The notes: generated by a model not told the origin, from the sequence alone. DNA of 64,000 bases from Eledone cirrhosa (GCA_964016885.1 OZ024741.1:32426001-32490000), one strand, 5' to 3'. Counted from the stretch's first letter, positions 44,101 to 62,100 are shown. A program made the numbers and translations.

Positions 44101-47100
44101 TCCAGATGTAATAAGCCTACATATCTCAGTTGTTATACAACATGGCTGTATAATATTTGTATTTATTCCAGATGTAATATGCCTACACATCTCAGTTTTT
44201 ATACAACATGGCTGTATAATATTTGTATTTATTGCAGATGTAATAAGCCTACATATCTCAGTTGTTATACAACATGTCCGTATAATATTTGTATTTATTC
44301 CAGATGTAATAAGCCTACATATCTCAGTTGTTATACAACATGGCTGTATAATATTTGTATTTATTCCAGATGTAATAAGCCTACATATCTCAGTTGTTAT
44401 ACAACATGTCTGTATAATATTTGTATTTATTCCAGATGTAATAAGCCTACATATCTTAGTTGTTATACAACATGGCTGTATAATATTTGTATTTATTCCA
44501 GATGTAATATGCCTTCATATCTCAGTTGTTATACAACATGGCTGTATAATATTTGTATTTATTCCAGATGTAATAAACCTACATATCTCAGTTGTTATAC
44601 AACATGTCTGTATAATATCTGTATTTATTCCAGATGTAATAAGCCTACATATCTCAGTTGTTATACAACATGGCTGTATAATATTTGTATTTATTCCAGA
44701 TGTAATATGCCTACATATCTCAGTTGTTATACAACATGGCTGTATAATATTTGTATTTATTCCAGATGTAATAAGCCTACATATCTCAGTTGTTATGCAA
44801 CATGGCTGTATAATATTTGTATTTATTCCAGATGTAATAAGCCTACATATCTCAGATGTTATACAACATGGCTGTATAATATTTGTATTTATTCCAGATG
44901 TAATAAGCCTACATTTCGCAGTTGTTATACAGCATGGCTGTATAATATTTGTATTTATTCCAGATGTAATAAGCCTACATATCTCAGATGTTATACAACA
45001 TGGCTGTATAAGTTTTTGTATTTATTCCATATGTAATAAGCCTACATTTCGCAGTTGTTATACAGCATGGCTGTATAATATTTGTATTTATTCAAGATGT
45101 AATAAGCCTACATATCTCAAATGTCATACAACATGGCTGTATAATATTTGTATTTATTCCAGATGTAATAAGCCTACATATCTCAGTTGTTATGCAACAT
45201 GGCTGTATAATATTTGTATTTATTCCAGATGTAATAAGCCTACATATCTCAGATGTTATACAACATGGCTGTATAATATTTGTATTTATTCCAGATGTAA
45301 TAAGCCTACATATCTCAGATGTTATACAACATGGCTGTATAATATTTGTATTTATTCCATATGTAATAAGCCTACATTTCGCAGTTGTTATACAGCATGG
45401 CTGTATAATATTTGTATTTATTCAAGATGTAATAAGCCTACATATCTCAATTGTCATACAACATGGCTGTATAATATTTGTATTTATTCCAGATGTAATA
45501 AGCCTACATATCTCAGTTGTTATACAACATGGCTGTATAATATTTGTATTTATTGCAGATGTAATAAACCTACATATCTCAGATGTTATACAACATGGCT
45601 GTAGACTATTTGTATTTATTCCAGATGTAATAAACCTACATATCTCAGATGTTATACAACATGGCTGTATAATATTTGTATTTATTCCAGATGTAATAAG
45701 CCTACATATCTCAGATGTTATACAACATGGCTGTATAATATTTGTATTTATTCCAGATCTAATAAGGCTACATATCTCAGATTTTATACAACATGGCTGT
45801 ATAATATTTGTACTTATTGCAGTTGTAATAAGCCTACATATCTCAGATGTTATACAACATGGCTGTATACTATTTCTATTTATTCCAGATGTAATAAGCC
45901 TACATATCTCAGATGTTATACAACATGGCTGTATAATATTTGTATTTATTCCAGATGTAATATGCCTACATATCTCAGTTGTTATACAACATGGCTGTAT
46001 AATATTTGTATTTATTCCAGATGTAATAAATCTACATATCTCAGTTGTTATACAACATGTCTGTATAATATTTGTATTTATTCCAGATGCAATAAGCCTA
46101 CATATCTCAGTTGTTATACAACATGGCTGTATAATATTTGTATTTATTCCAGATGTAATATGCCTACACATCTCAGTTTTTATACAACATGGCTGTATAA
46201 TATTTGTATTTATTGCAGATGTAATAAGCCTACATATCTCAGTTGTTATACAACATGTCTGTATAATATTTGTATTTATTCCAGATGTAATAAGCCTACA
46301 TATCTCAGTTGTTATACAACATGGCTGTATAATATTTGTATTTATTCCAGATGTAATAAGCCTACATATCTCAGTTGTTATACAACATGTCTGTATAATA
46401 TTTGTATTTATTCCAGATGTAATAAGCCTACATATCTTAGTTGTTATACAACATGGCTGTATAATATTTGTATTTATTCCAGATGTAATATGCCTTCATA
46501 TCTCAGTTGTTATACAACATGGCTGTATAATATTTGTATTTATTCCAGATGTAATAAACCTACATATCTCAGTTGTTATACAACATGTCTGTATAATATC
46601 TGTATTTATTCCAGATGTAATAAGCCTACATATCTCAGTTGTTATACAACATGGCTGTATAATATTTGTATTTATTCCAGATGTAATATGCCTACATATC
46701 TCAGTTGTTATACAACATGGCTGTATAATATTTGTATTTATTCCAGATGTAATAAGCCTACATATCTCAGTTGTTATGCAACATGGCTGTATAATATTTG
46801 TACTTATTCCAGATGTAATAAGCCTACATATCTCAGATGTTATACAACATGGCTGTATAATATTTGTATTTATTCCAGATGTAATAAGCCTACATTTCGC
46901 AGTTGTTATACAGCATGGCTGTATAATATTTGTATTTATTCCAGATGTAATAAGCCTACATATCTCAGATGTTATACAACATGGCTGTATAAGTTTTTGT
47001 ATTTATTCCATATGTAATAAGCCTACATTTCGCAGTTGTTATACAGCATGGCTGTATAATATTTGTATTTATTCAAGATGTAATAAGCCTACATATCTCA

Positions 47101-50100
47101 AATGTCATACAACATGGCTGTATAATATTTGTATTTATTCCAGATGTAATAAGCCTACATATCTCAGTTGCTATACAACATGTCTGTATAATATTTGTAT
47201 TTATTCCAGATGTAATAAGCCTACATATCTCAGTTGTTATACAACATGGCTGTATAATATTTGTATTTATTCCAGATGTAATATGCCTACATATCTCAGT
47301 TGTTATACAACATGGCTGTATAATATTTGTATTTATTCCAGATGTAATAAACATACATGTCTCAGTTGTTATACAACATGTCTGTATAATATCTGTATTT
47401 ATTCCAGATGTAATAAGCCTACATATCTCAGTTGTTATACAACATGGCTGTATAATATTTGTATTTATTCCAGATGTAATATGCCTACATATCTCAGTTG
47501 TTATACAAAATGGCTGTATAATATTTGTATTTATTCCAGATTTAATAAGCTTACATATCTCAGTTGTTATGCAACATGGCTGTATAATATTTGTATTTAT
47601 TCCAGATGTAATAAGCCTACATATCTCAGATGTTATACAACATGGCTGTATAATATTTGTATTTATTCCAGATGTAATAAGCCTACATTTCGCAGTTGTT
47701 ATACAGCATGGCTGTATAATATTTGTATTTATTCCAGATGTAATAAGCCTACATATCTCAGATGTTATACAACATGGCTGTATAATATTTGTATTTATTC
47801 CATATGTAATAAGCCTACATTTCGCAGTTGTTATACAGCATGGCTGTATAATATTTGTATTTATTCAAGATGTAATAAGCCTACATAACTCAATTGTCAT
47901 ACAACATGGCTGTATAATATTTGTATTTATTCCAGATGTAATAAGCCTACATATCTCAGTTGTTATACAACATGGCTGTATAATATTTGTATTTATTCCA
48001 GATGTAATAAGCCTACATATCTCAGTTGTTATACAACATGGCTGTATAATATTTGTATTTATTCCAGATGTAATAAGCCTACATATCTCAGTTGTTATAC
48101 AACATGGCTGTATAATATTTGTATTTATTGCAGATGTAATAAACCTACATATCTCAGATGTTATACAACATGGCTGTAGATTATTTGTATTTATTCCAGA
48201 TGTAATAAACCTACATATCTCAGATGTTATACAACATGGCTGTATAATATTTGTATTTATTCCAGATGTAATAAGCCTACATATCTCAGTTGTTATGCAA
48301 CATGGCTGTATAATATTTGTATTTATTCCAGATGTAATATGCCTACATATCTCAGTTGTTATACAACATGGCTGTATAATATTTGTATTTATTCCAGATG
48401 TAATAAACCTACATATCTCAGTTGTTATACAACATGGCTGTATAATATTTGTATTTATTCCAGATGTAATATGCCTACATATCTCAGTTGTTATACAAAA
48501 TGGCTGTATAATATTTGTATTTATTCCAGATGTAATAAGCCTACATATCTCAGTTGTTATACAACATGGCTGTATAATATTTGTATTTATTCCAGATGTA
48601 ATATGCCTACATATCTCAGTTGTTATACAACATGGCTGTATAATATTTGTATTTATTCCAGATGTAATAAACCTACATATCTCAGTTGTTATGCAACATG
48701 GCTGTATAATATTTGTATTTATTCCAGATGTAATATGCCTACATATCTCAGTTGTTATACAACATGGCTGTATAATATTTGTATTTATTCCAGATGTAAT
48801 AAGCCTACATATCTCAGTTGTTATGCAACATGGATGTATAATATTTGTATTTATTCCAGATGTAATAAGCCTACATATCTCAGATGTTATACAACATGGC
48901 TGTATAATATTTGTATTTATTCCATATGTAATAAGCCTACATTTCGCAGTTGTTATACAGCATGGCTGTATAATATTTGTATTTATTCAAGATGTAATAA
49001 GCCTACATATCTCAATTGTCATACAACATGGCTGTATAATATTTGTATTTATTCCAGATGTAATAAGCCTACATATCTCAGTTGTTGTACAACATGGCTG
49101 TATAATATTTGTATTTATTGCAGATGTAATAAATCTACATATTTCAGATGTTATACAACATGGCTGTAGACTATTTGTATTTATTCCAGATGTAATAAAC
49201 CTACATATCTCAGATGTTATACAACATGGCTGTATAATATTTGCATTTATTCCAGATGTAATAAGCCTACATATCTCAGATGTTATACAACATGGCTGTA
49301 TAATATTTGTATTTATTCCAGATCTAATAAGCCTACATATCTCAGATTTTATACAACATGGCTGTATAATATTTGTACTTATTGCAGTTGTAATAAGCCT
49401 ACATATCTCAGATGTTATACAACATGGCTGTATACTATTTCTATTTATTCCAGATGTAATAAGCCTACATATCTCAGATGTTATACAACATGGCTGTATA
49501 ATATTTGTATTTATTCCAGATGTAATATGCCTACATATCTCAGTTGTTATACAACATGGCTGTATAATATTTGTATTTATTCCAGATGTAATAAATCTAC
49601 ATATCTCAGTTGTTATACAACATGTCTGTATAATATTTGTATTTATTCCAGATGTAATAAGCCTACATATCTCAGTTGTTATACAACATGGCTGTATAAT
49701 ATTTGTATTTATTCCAGATGTAATATGCCTACATATCTCAGTTTTTATACAACATGGCTGTATAATATTTGTATTTATTGCAGATGTAATAAGCCTACAT
49801 ATCTCAGTTGTTATACAACATGGCTGTATAATATTTGTATTTATTCCAGATTTAATAAGCCTACATATCTCAGTTGTTATACAACATGTCTGTATAATAT
49901 TTGTATTTATTCCAGATGTAATAAGCCTACATATCTCAGTTCTTATACAACATGGCTGTATAATATTTGTATTTATTCCAGATGTAATATGCCTACATAT
50001 CTCAGTTGTTATACAACATGGCTGTATAATATTTGTATTTATTCCAGATGTAATAAACCTACATATCTCAGTTGTTATACAACATGTCTGTATAATATCT

Positions 50101-53100
50101 GTATTTATTCCAGATGTAATAAGCCTACATATCTCAGTTGTTATACAACATGGCTGTATAATATTTGTATTTATTCCAGATGTAATATGCCTACATATCT
50201 CAGTTGTTATACAACATGGCTGTATAATATTTGTATTTATTCCAGATGTAATATGCCTACACATCTCAGTTTTTATACAACATGGCTGTATAATATTTGT
50301 ATTTATTGCAGATGTAATAAGCCTACATATCTCAGTTGTTATACAACATGTCTGTATAATATTTGTATTTATTCCAGATGTAATAAGCCTACATATCTCA
50401 GTTGTTATACAACATGGCTGTATAATATTTGTATTTATTCCAGATGTAATAAGCCTACATATCTCAGTTGTTATACAACATGTCTGTATAATATTTGTAT
50501 TTATTCCAGATGTAATAAGCCTACATATCTTAGTTGTTATACAACATGGCTGTATAATATTTGTATTTATTCCAGATGTAATATGCCTTCATATCTCAGT
50601 TGTTATACAACATGGCTGTATAATATTTGTATTTATTCCAGATGTAATAAACCTACATATCTCAGTTGTTATACAACATGTCTGTATAAAATCTGTATTT
50701 ATTCCAGATGTAATAAGCCTACATATCTCAGTTGTTATACAACATGGCTGTATAATATTTGTATTTATTCCAGATGTAATATGCCTACATATCTCAGTTG
50801 TTATACAACATGGCTGTATAATATTTGTATTTATTCCAGATGTAATAAGCCTACATATCTCAGTTGTTATGCAACATGGCTGTATAATATTTGTATTTAT
50901 TCCAGATGTAATAAGCCTACATATCTCAGATGTTATACAACATGGCTGTATAATATTTGTATTTATTCCAGATGTAATAAGCCTACATTTCGCAGTTGTT
51001 ATACAGCATGGCTGTATAATATTTGTATTTATTCCAGATGTAATAAGCCTACATATCTCAGATGTTATACAACATGGCTGTATAAGTTTTTGTATTTATT
51101 CCATATGTAATAAGCCTACATTTCGCAGTTGTTATACAGCATGGCTGTATAATATTTGTATTTATTCAAGATGTAATAAGCCTACATATCTCAAATGTCA
51201 TACAACATGGCTGTATAATATTTGTATTTATTCCAGATGTAATAAGCCTACATATCTCAGTTGTTATGCAACATGGCTGTATAATATTTGTATTTATTGC
51301 AGATGTAATAAACCTACATATCTCAGATGTTATACAACATGGCTGTAGACTATTTGTATTTATTCCAGATGTAATAAACCTACATACCTCAGATGTTATA
51401 CAACATGGCTGTATAATATTTGTATTTATTCCAGATGTAATAAGCCTACATATCTCAGATGTTATACAACATGGCTGTATAATATTTGTATTTATTCCAG
51501 ATGTAATATGCCTACATATCTCAGTTGTTATACAACATGGCTGTATAATATTTGTATTTATTCCAGATGTAATAAATCTACATATCTCAGTTGTTATACA
51601 ACATGTCTGTATAATATTTGTATTTATTCCAGATCTAATAAGGCTACATATCTCAGATTTTATACAACATGGCTGTATAATATTTGTACTTATTGCAGTT
51701 GTAATAAGCCTACATATCTCAGATGTTATACAACATGGCTGTATACTATTTCTATTTATTCCAGATGTAATAAGCCTACATATCTCAGATGTTATACAAC
51801 ATGGCTGTATAATATTTGTATTTATTCCAGATGTAATATGCCTACATATCTCAGTTGTTATACAACATGGCTGTATAATATTTGTATTTATTCCAGATGT
51901 AATAAATCTACATATATCAGTTGTTATACAACATGTCTGTATAATATTTGTATTTATTCCAGATGTAATAAGCCTACATATCTCAGTTGTTATACAACAT
52001 GGCTGTATAATATTTGTATTTATTCCAGATGTAATATGCCTACACATCTCAGTTTTTATACAACATGGCTGTATAATATTTGTATTTATTGCAGATGTAA
52101 TAAGCCTACATATCTCAGTTGTTATACAACATGTCCGTATAATATTTGTATTTATTCCAGATGTAATAAGCCTACATATCTCAGTTGTTATACAACATGG
52201 CTGTATAATATTTGTATTTATTCCAGATGTAATAAGCCTACATATCTCAGTTGTTATACAACATGTCTGTATAATATTTGTATTTATTCCAGATGTAATA
52301 AGCCTACATATCTTAGTTGTTATACAACATGGCTGTATAATATTTGTATTTATTCCAGATGTAATATGCCTTCATATCTCAGTTGTTATACAACATGGCT
52401 GTATAATATTTGTATTTATTCCAGATGTAATAAACCTACATATCTCAGTTTTTATACAACATGTCTGTATAATATCTGTATTTATTCCAGATGTAATAAG
52501 CCTACATATCTCAGTTGTTATACAACATGGCTGTATAATATTTGTATTTATTCCAGATGTAATATGCCTACATATCTCAGTTGTTATACAACATGGCTGT
52601 ATAATATTTGTATTTATTCCAGATGTAATAAGCCTACATATCTCAGTTGTTATGCAACATGGCTGTATAATATTTGTATTTATTCCAGATGTAATAAGCC
52701 TACATATCTCAGATGTTATACAACATGGCTGTATAATATTTGTATTTATTCCAGATGTAATAAGCCTACATTTCGCAGTTGTTATGCAGCATGGCTGTAT
52801 AATATTTGTATTTATTCCAGATGTAATAAGCCTACATATCTCAGATGTTATACAACATGGCTGTATAAGTTTTTGTATTTATTCCATATGTAATAAGCCT
52901 ACATTTCGCAGTTGTTATACAGCATGGCTGTATAATATTTGTATTTATTCAAGATGTAATAAGCCTACATATCTCAAATGTCATACAACATGGCTGTATA
53001 ATATTTGTATTTATTCCAGATGTAATAAGCCTACATATCTCAGTTGTTATGCAACATGGCTGTATAATATTTGTATTTATTCCAGATGTAATAAGCCTAC

Positions 53101-56100
53101 ATATCTCAGATGTTATACAACATGGCTGTATACTATTTGTATTTATTCCAGATGTAATAAGCCTACATATCTCAGATGTTATACAACATGGCTGTATAAT
53201 ATTTGTATTTATTCCATATGTAATAAGCCTACATTTCGCAGTTGTTATACAGCATGGCTGTATAATATTTGTATTTATTCAAGATGTAATAAGCCTACAT
53301 ATCTCAATTGTCATACAACATGGCTGTATAATATTTGTATTTATTCCAGATGTAATAAGCCTACATATCTCAGTTGTTATACAACATGGCTGTATAATAT
53401 TTGTATTTATTGCAGATGTAATAAACCTACATATCTCAGATGTTATACAACATGGCTGTAGACTATTTGTATTTATTCCAGATGTAATAAACCTACATAT
53501 CTCAGATGTTATACAACATGGCTGTATAATATTTGTATTTATTCCAGATGTAATAAGCCTACATATCTCAGATGTTATACAACATGGCTGTATAATATTT
53601 GTATTTATTCCAGATCTAATAAGGCTACATATCTCAGATTTTATACAACATGGCTGTATAATATTTGTACTTATTGCAGTTGTAATAAGCCTACATATCT
53701 CAGATGTTATACAACATGGCTGTATACTATTTCTATTTATTCCAGATGTAATAAGCCTACATATCTCAGATGTTATACAACATGGCTGTATAATATTTGT
53801 ATTTATTCCAGATGTAATATGCCTACATATCTCAGTTGTTATACAACATGGCTGTATAATATTTGTATTTATTCCAGATGTAATAAGCCTACATATCTCA
53901 GTTGTTATACAACATGGCTGTATAATATTTGTATTTATTCCAGATGTAATATGCCTACATATCTCAGTTTTTATACAACATGGCTGTATAATATTTGTAT
54001 TTATTGCAGATGTAATAAGCCTACATATCTCAGTTGTTATACAACATGGCTGTATAATATTTGTATTTATTCCAGATTTAATAAGCCTACATATCTCAGT
54101 TGTTATACAACATGTCTGTATAATATTTGTATTTATTCCAGATGTAATAAGCCTACATATCTCAGTTCTTATACAACATGGCTGTATAATATTTGTATTT
54201 ATTCCAGATGTAATATGCCTACATATCTCAGTTGTTATACAACATGGCTGTATAATATTTGTATTTATTCCAGATGTAATAAACCTACATATCTCAGTTG
54301 TTATACAACATGTCTGTATAATATCTGTATTTATTCCAGATGTAATAAGCCTACATATCTCAGTTGTTATACAACATGGCTGTATAATATTTGTATTTAT
54401 TCCAGATGTAATATGCCTACATATCTCAGTTGTTATACAACATGGCTGTATAATATTTGTATTTATTCCAGATGTAATATGCCTACACATCTCAGTTTTT
54501 ATACAACATGGCTGTATAATATTTGTATTTATTGCAGATGTAATAAGCCTACATATCTCAGTTGTTATACAACATGTCTGTATAATATTTGTATTTATTC
54601 CAGATGTAATAAGCCTACATATCTCAGTTGTTATACAACATGGCTGTATAATATTTGTATTTATTCCAGATGTAATAAGCCTACATATCTCAGTTGTTAT
54701 ACAACATGTCTGTATAATATTTGTATTTATTCCAGATGTAATAAGCCTACATATCTTAGTTGTTATACAACATGGCTGTATAATATTTGTATTTATTCCA
54801 GATGTAATATGCCTTCATATCTCAGTTGTTATACAACATGGCTGTATAATATTTGTATTTATTCCAGATGTAATAAACCTACATATCTCAGTTGTTATAC
54901 AACATGTCTGTATAAAATCTGTATTTATTCCAGATGTAATAAGCCTACATATCTCAGTTGTTATACAACATGGCTGTATAATATTTGTATTTATTCCAGA
55001 TGTAATATGCCTACATATCTCAGTTGTTATACAACATGGCTGTATAATATTTGTATTTATTCCAGATGTAATAAGCCTACATATCTCAGTTGTTATGCAA
55101 CATGGCTGTATAATATTTGTATTTATTCCAGATGTAATAAGCCTACATATCTCAGATGTTATACAACATGGCTGTATAATATTTGTATTTATTCCAGATG
55201 TAATAAGCCTACATTTCGCAGTTGTTATACAGCATGGCTGTATAATATTTGTATTTATTCCAGATGTAATAAGCCTACATATCTCAGATGTTATACAACA
55301 TGGCTGTATAAGTTTTTGTATTTATTCCATATGTAATAAGCCTACATTTCGCAGTTGTTATACAGCATGGCTGTATAATATTTGTATTTATTCAAGATGT
55401 AATAAGCCTACATATCTCAAATGTCATACAACATGGCTGTATAATATTTGTATTTATTCCAGATGTAATAAGCCTACATATCTCAGTTGTTATGCAACAT
55501 GGCTGTATAATATTTGTATTTATTGCAGATGTAATAAACCTACATATCTCAGATGTTATACAACATGGCTGTAGACTATTTGTATTTATTCCAGATGTAA
55601 TAAACCTACATACCTCAGATGTTATACAACATGGCTGTATAATATTTGTATTTATTCCAGATGTAATAAGCCTACATATCTCAGATGTTATACAACATGG
55701 CTGTATAATATTTGTATTTATTCCAGATGTAATATGCCTACATATCTCAGTTGTTATACAACATGGCTGTATAATATTTGTATTTATTCCAGATGTAATA
55801 AATCTACATATCTCAGTTGTTATACAACATGTCTGTATAATATTTGTATTTATTCCAGATCTAATAAGGCTACATATCTCAGATTTTATACAACATGGCT
55901 GTATAATATTTGTACTTATTGCAGTTGTAATAAGCCTACATATCTCAGATGTTATACAACATGGCTGTATACTATTTCTATTTATTCCAGATGTAATAAG
56001 CCTACATATCTCAGATGTTATACAACATGGCTGTATAATATTTGTATTTATTCCAGATGTAATATGCCTACATATCTCAGTTGTTATACAACATGGCTGT

Positions 56101-59100
56101 ATAATATTTGTATTTATTCCAGATGTAATAAATCTACATATCTCAGTTGTTATACAACATGTCTGTATAATATTTGTATTTATTCCAGATGTAATAAGCC
56201 TACATATCTCAGTTGTTATACAACATGGCTGTATAATATTTGTATTTATTCCAGATGTAATATGCCTACACATCTCAGTTTTTATACAACATGGCTGTAT
56301 AATATTTGTATTTATTGCAGATGTAATAAGCCTACATATCTCAGTTGTTATACAACATGTCCGTATAATATTTGTATTTATTCCAGATGTAATAAGCCTA
56401 CATATCTCAGTTGTTATACAACATGGCTGTATAATATTTGTATTTATTCCAGATGTAATAAGCCTACATATCTCAGTTGTTATACAACATGTCTGTATAA
56501 TATTTGTATTTATTCCAGATGTAATAAGCCTACATATCTTAGTTGTTATACAACATGGCTGTATAATATTTGTATTTATTCCAGATGTAATATGCCTTCA
56601 TATCTCAGTTGTTATACAACATGGCTGTATAATATTTGTATTTATTCCAGATGTAATAAACCTACATATCTCAGTTTTTATACAACATGTCTGTATAATA
56701 TCTGTATTTATTCCAGATGTAATAAGCCTACATATCTCAGTTGTTATACAACATGGCTGTATAATATTTGTATTTATTCCAGATGTAATATGCCTACATA
56801 TCTCAGTTGTTATACAACATGGCTGTATAATATTTGTATTTATTCCAGATGTAATAAGCCTACATATCTCAGTTGTTATGCAACATGGCTGTATAATATT
56901 TGTATTTATTCCAGATGTAATAAGCCTACATATCTCAGATGTTATACAACATGGCTGTATAATATTTGTATTTATTCCAGATGTAATAAGCCTACATTTC
57001 GCAGTTGTTATACAGCATGGCTGTATAATATTTGTATTTATTCCAGATGTAATAAGCCTACATATCTCAGATGTTATACAACATGGCTGTATAAGTTTTT
57101 GTATTTATTCCATATGTAATAAGCCTACATTTCGCAGTTGTTATACAGCATGGCTGTATAATATTTGTATTTATTCAAGATGTAATAAGCCTACATATCT
57201 CAAATGTCATACAACATGGCTGTATAATATTTGTATTTATTCCAGATGTAATAAGCCTACATATCTCAGTTGTTATGCAACATGGCTGTATAATATTTGT
57301 ATTTATTCCAGATGTAATAAGCCTACATATCTCAGATGTTATACAACATGGCTGTATACTATTTGTATTTATTCCAGATGTAATAAGCCTACATATCTCA
57401 GATGTTATACAACATGGCTGTATAATATTTGTATTTATTCCATATGTAATAAGCCTACATTTCGCAGTTGTTATACAGCATGGCTGTATAATATTTGTAT
57501 TTATTCAAGATGTAATAAGCCTACATATCTCAATTGTCATACAACATGGCTGTATAATATTTGTATTTATTCCAGATGTAATAAGCCTACATATCTCAGT
57601 TGTTATACAACATGGCTGTATAATATTTGTATTTATTGCAGATGTAATAAACCTACATATCTCAGATGTTATACAACATGGCTGTAGACTATTTGTATTT
57701 ATTCCAGATGTAATAAACCTACATATCTCAGATGTTATACAACATGGCTGTATAATATTTGTATTTATTCCAGATGTAATAAGCCTACATATCTCAGATG
57801 TTATACAACATGGCTGTATAATATTTGTATTTATTCCAGATCTAATAAGGCTACATATCTCAGATTTTATACAACATGGCTGTATAATATTTGTACTTAT
57901 TGCAGTTGTAATAAGCCTACATATCTCAGATGTTATACAACATGGCTGTATACTATTTCTATTTATTCCAGATGTAATAAGCCTACATATCTCAGATGTT
58001 ATACAACATGGCTGTATAATATTTGTATTTATTCCAGATGTAATATGCCTACATATCTCAGTTGTTATACAACATGGCTGTATAATATTTGTATTTATTC
58101 CAGATGTAATAAATCTACATATCTCAGTTGTTATACAACATGTCTGTATAATATTTGTATTTATTCCAGATGTAATAAGCCTACATATCTCAGTTGTTAT
58201 ACAACATGGCTGTATAATATTTGTATTTATTCCAGATGTAATATGCCTACACATCTCAGTTTTTATACAACATGGCTGTATAATATTTGTATTTATTGCA
58301 GATGTAATAAGCCTACATATCTCAGTTGTTATACAACATGTCTGTATAATATTTGTATTTATTCCAGATGTAATAAGCCTACATATCTCAGTTGTTATAC
58401 AACATGGCTGTATAATATTTGTATTTATTCCAGATGTAATAAGCCTACATATCTCAGTTGTTATACAACATGTCTGTATAATATTTGTATTTATTCCAGA
58501 TGTAATAAGCCTACATATCTTAGTTGTTATACAACATGGCTGTATAATATTTGTATTTATTCCAGATGTAATATGCCTTCATATCTCAGTTGTTATACAA
58601 CATGGCTGTATAATATTTGTATTTATTCCAGATGTAATAAACCTACATATCTCAGTTGTTATACAACATGTCTGTATAATATCTGTATTTATTCCAGATG
58701 TAATAAGCCTACATATCTCAGTTGTTATACAACATGGCTGTATAATATTTGTATTTATTCCAGATGTAATATGCCTACATATCTCAGTTGTTATACAACA
58801 TGGCTGTATAATATTTGTATTTATTCCAGATGTAATAAGCCTACATATCTCAGTTGTTATGCAACATGGCTGTATAATATTTGTACTTATTCCAGATGTA
58901 ATAAGCCTACATATCTCAGATGTTATACAACATGGCTGTATAATATTTGTATTTATTCCAGATGTAATAAGCCTACATTTCGCAGTTGTTATACAGCATG
59001 GCTGTATAATATTTGTATTTATTCCAGATGTAATAAGCCTACATATCTCAGATGTTATACAACATGGCTGTATAAGTTTTTGTATTTATTCCATATGTAA

Positions 59101-62100
59101 TAAGCCTACATTTCGCAGTTGTTATACAGCATGGCTGTATAATATTTGTATTTATTCAAGATGTAATAAGCCTACATATCTCAAATGTCATACAACATGG
59201 CTGTATAATATTTGTATTTATTCCAGATGTAATAAGCCTACATATCTCAGTTGTTATACAACATGTCTGTATAATATTTGTATTTATTCCAGATGTAATA
59301 AGCCTACATATCTCAGTTGTTATACAACATGGCTGTATAATATTTGTATTTATTCCAGATGTAATATGCCTACATATCTCAGTTGTTATACAACATGGCT
59401 GTATAATATTTGTATTTATTCCAGATGTAATAAACATACATGTCTCAGTTGTTATACAACATGTCTGTATAATATCTGTATTTATTCCAGATGTAATAAG
59501 CCTACATATCTCAGTTGTTATACAACATGGCTGTATAATATTTGTATTTATTCCAGATGTAATATGCCTACATATCTCAGTTGTTATACAAAATGGCTGT
59601 ATAATATTTGTATTTATTCCAGATTTAATAAGCTTACATATCTCAGTTGTTATGCAACATGGCTGTATAATATTTGTATTTATTCCAGATGTAATAAGCC
59701 TACATATCTCAGATGTTATACAACATGGCTGTATAATATTTGTATTTATTCCAGATGTAATAAGCCTACATTTCGCAGTTGTTATACAGCATGGCTGTAT
59801 AATATTTGTATTTATTCCAGATGTAATAAGCCTACATATCTCAGATGTTATACAACATGGCTGTATAATATTTGTATTTATTCCATATGTAATAAGCCTA
59901 CATTTCGCAGTTGTTATACAGCATGGCTGTATAATATTTGTATTTATTCAAGATGTAATAAGCCTACATAACTCAATTGTCATACAACATGGCTGTATAA
60001 TATTTGTATTTATTCCAGATGTAATAAGCCTACATATCTCAGTTGTTATACAACATGGCTGTATAATATTTGTATTTATTCCAGATGTAATAAGCCTACA
60101 TATCTCAGTTGTTATACAACATGGCTGTATAATATTTGTATTTATTCCAGATGTAATAAGCCTACATATCTCAGTTGTTATACAACATGGCTGTATAATA
60201 TTTGTATTTATTGCAGATGTAATAAACCTACATATCTCAGATGTTATACAACATGGCTGTAGATTATTTGTATTTATTCCAGATGTAATAAACCTACATA
60301 TCTCAGATGTTATACAACATGGCTGTATAATATTTGTATTTATTCCAGATGTAATAAGCCTACATATCTCAGTTGTTATGCAACATGGCTGTATAATATT
60401 TGTATTTATTCCAGATGTAATAAGCCTACATATCTCAGTTGTTATGCAACATGGCTGTATAATATTTGTATTTATTCCAGATGTAATAAGCCTACATATC
60501 TCAGATGTTATACAACATGGCTGTATACTATTTGTATTTATTCCAGATGTAATAAGCCTACATATCTCAGATGTTATACAACATGGCTGTATAATATTTG
60601 TATTTATTCCATATGTAATAAGCCTACATTTCGCAGTTGTTATACAGCATGGCTGTATAATATTTGTATTTATTCAAGATGTAATAAGCCTACATATCTC
60701 AATTGTCATACAACATGGCTGTATAATATTTGTATTTATTCCAGATGTAATAAGCCTACATATCTCAGTTGTTATACAACATGGCTGTATAATATTTGTA
60801 TTTATTGCAGATGTAATAAACCTACATATCTCAGATGTTATACAACATGGCTGTAGACTATTTGTATTTATTCCAGATGTAATAAACCTACATATCTCAG
60901 ATGTTATACAACATGGCTGTATAATATTTGTATTTATTCCAGATGTAATAAGCCTACATATCTCAGATGTTATACAACATGGCTGTATAATATTTGTATT
61001 TATTCCAGATCTAATAAGGCTACATATCTCAGATTTTATACAACATGGCTGTATAATATTTGTACTTATTGCAGTTGTAATAAGCCTACATATCTCAGAT
61101 GTTATACAACATGGCTGTATACTATTTCTATTTATTCCAGATGTAATAAGCCTACATATCTCAGATGTTATACAACATGGCTGTATAATATTTGTATTTA
61201 TTCCAGATGTAATATGCCTACATATCTCAGTTGTTATACAACATGGCTGTATAATATTTGTATTTATTCCAGATGTAATAAATCTACATATCTCAGTTGT
61301 TATACAACATGTCTGTATAATATTTGTATTTATTCCAGATGTAATAAGCCTTCATATCTCAGTTGTTATACAACATGGCTGTATAATATTTGTATTTATT
61401 CCAGATGTAATATGCCTACACATCTCAGTTTTTATACAACATGGCTGTATAATATTTGTATTTATTGCAGATGTAATAAGCCTACATATCTCAGTTGTTA
61501 TACAACATGTCTGTATAATATTTATATTTATTCCAGATGTAATAAGCCTACATATCTCAGTTGTTATACAACATGGCTGTATAATATTTGTATTTATTCC
61601 AGATGTAATAAGCCTACATATCTCAGTTGTTATACAACATGTCTGTATAATATTTGTATTTATTCCAGATGTAATAAGCCTACATATCTTAGTTGTTATA
61701 CAACATGGCTGTATAATATTTGTATTTATTCCAGATGTAATATGCCTTCATATCTCAGTTGTTATACAACATGGCTGTATAATATTTGTATTTATTCCAG
61801 ATGTAATAAACCTACATATCTCAGTTGTTATACAACATGTCTGTATAATATCTGTATTTATTCCAGATGTAATAAGCCTACATATCTCAGTTGTTATACA
61901 ACATGGCTGTATAATATTTGTATTTATTCCAGATGTAATATGCCTACATATCTCAGTTGTTATACAACATGGCTGTATAATATTTGTATTTATTCCAGAT
62001 GTAATAAGCCTACATATCTCAGTTGTTATGCAACATGGCTGTATAATATTTGTACTTATTCCAGATGTAATAAGCCTACATATCTCAGATGTTATACAAC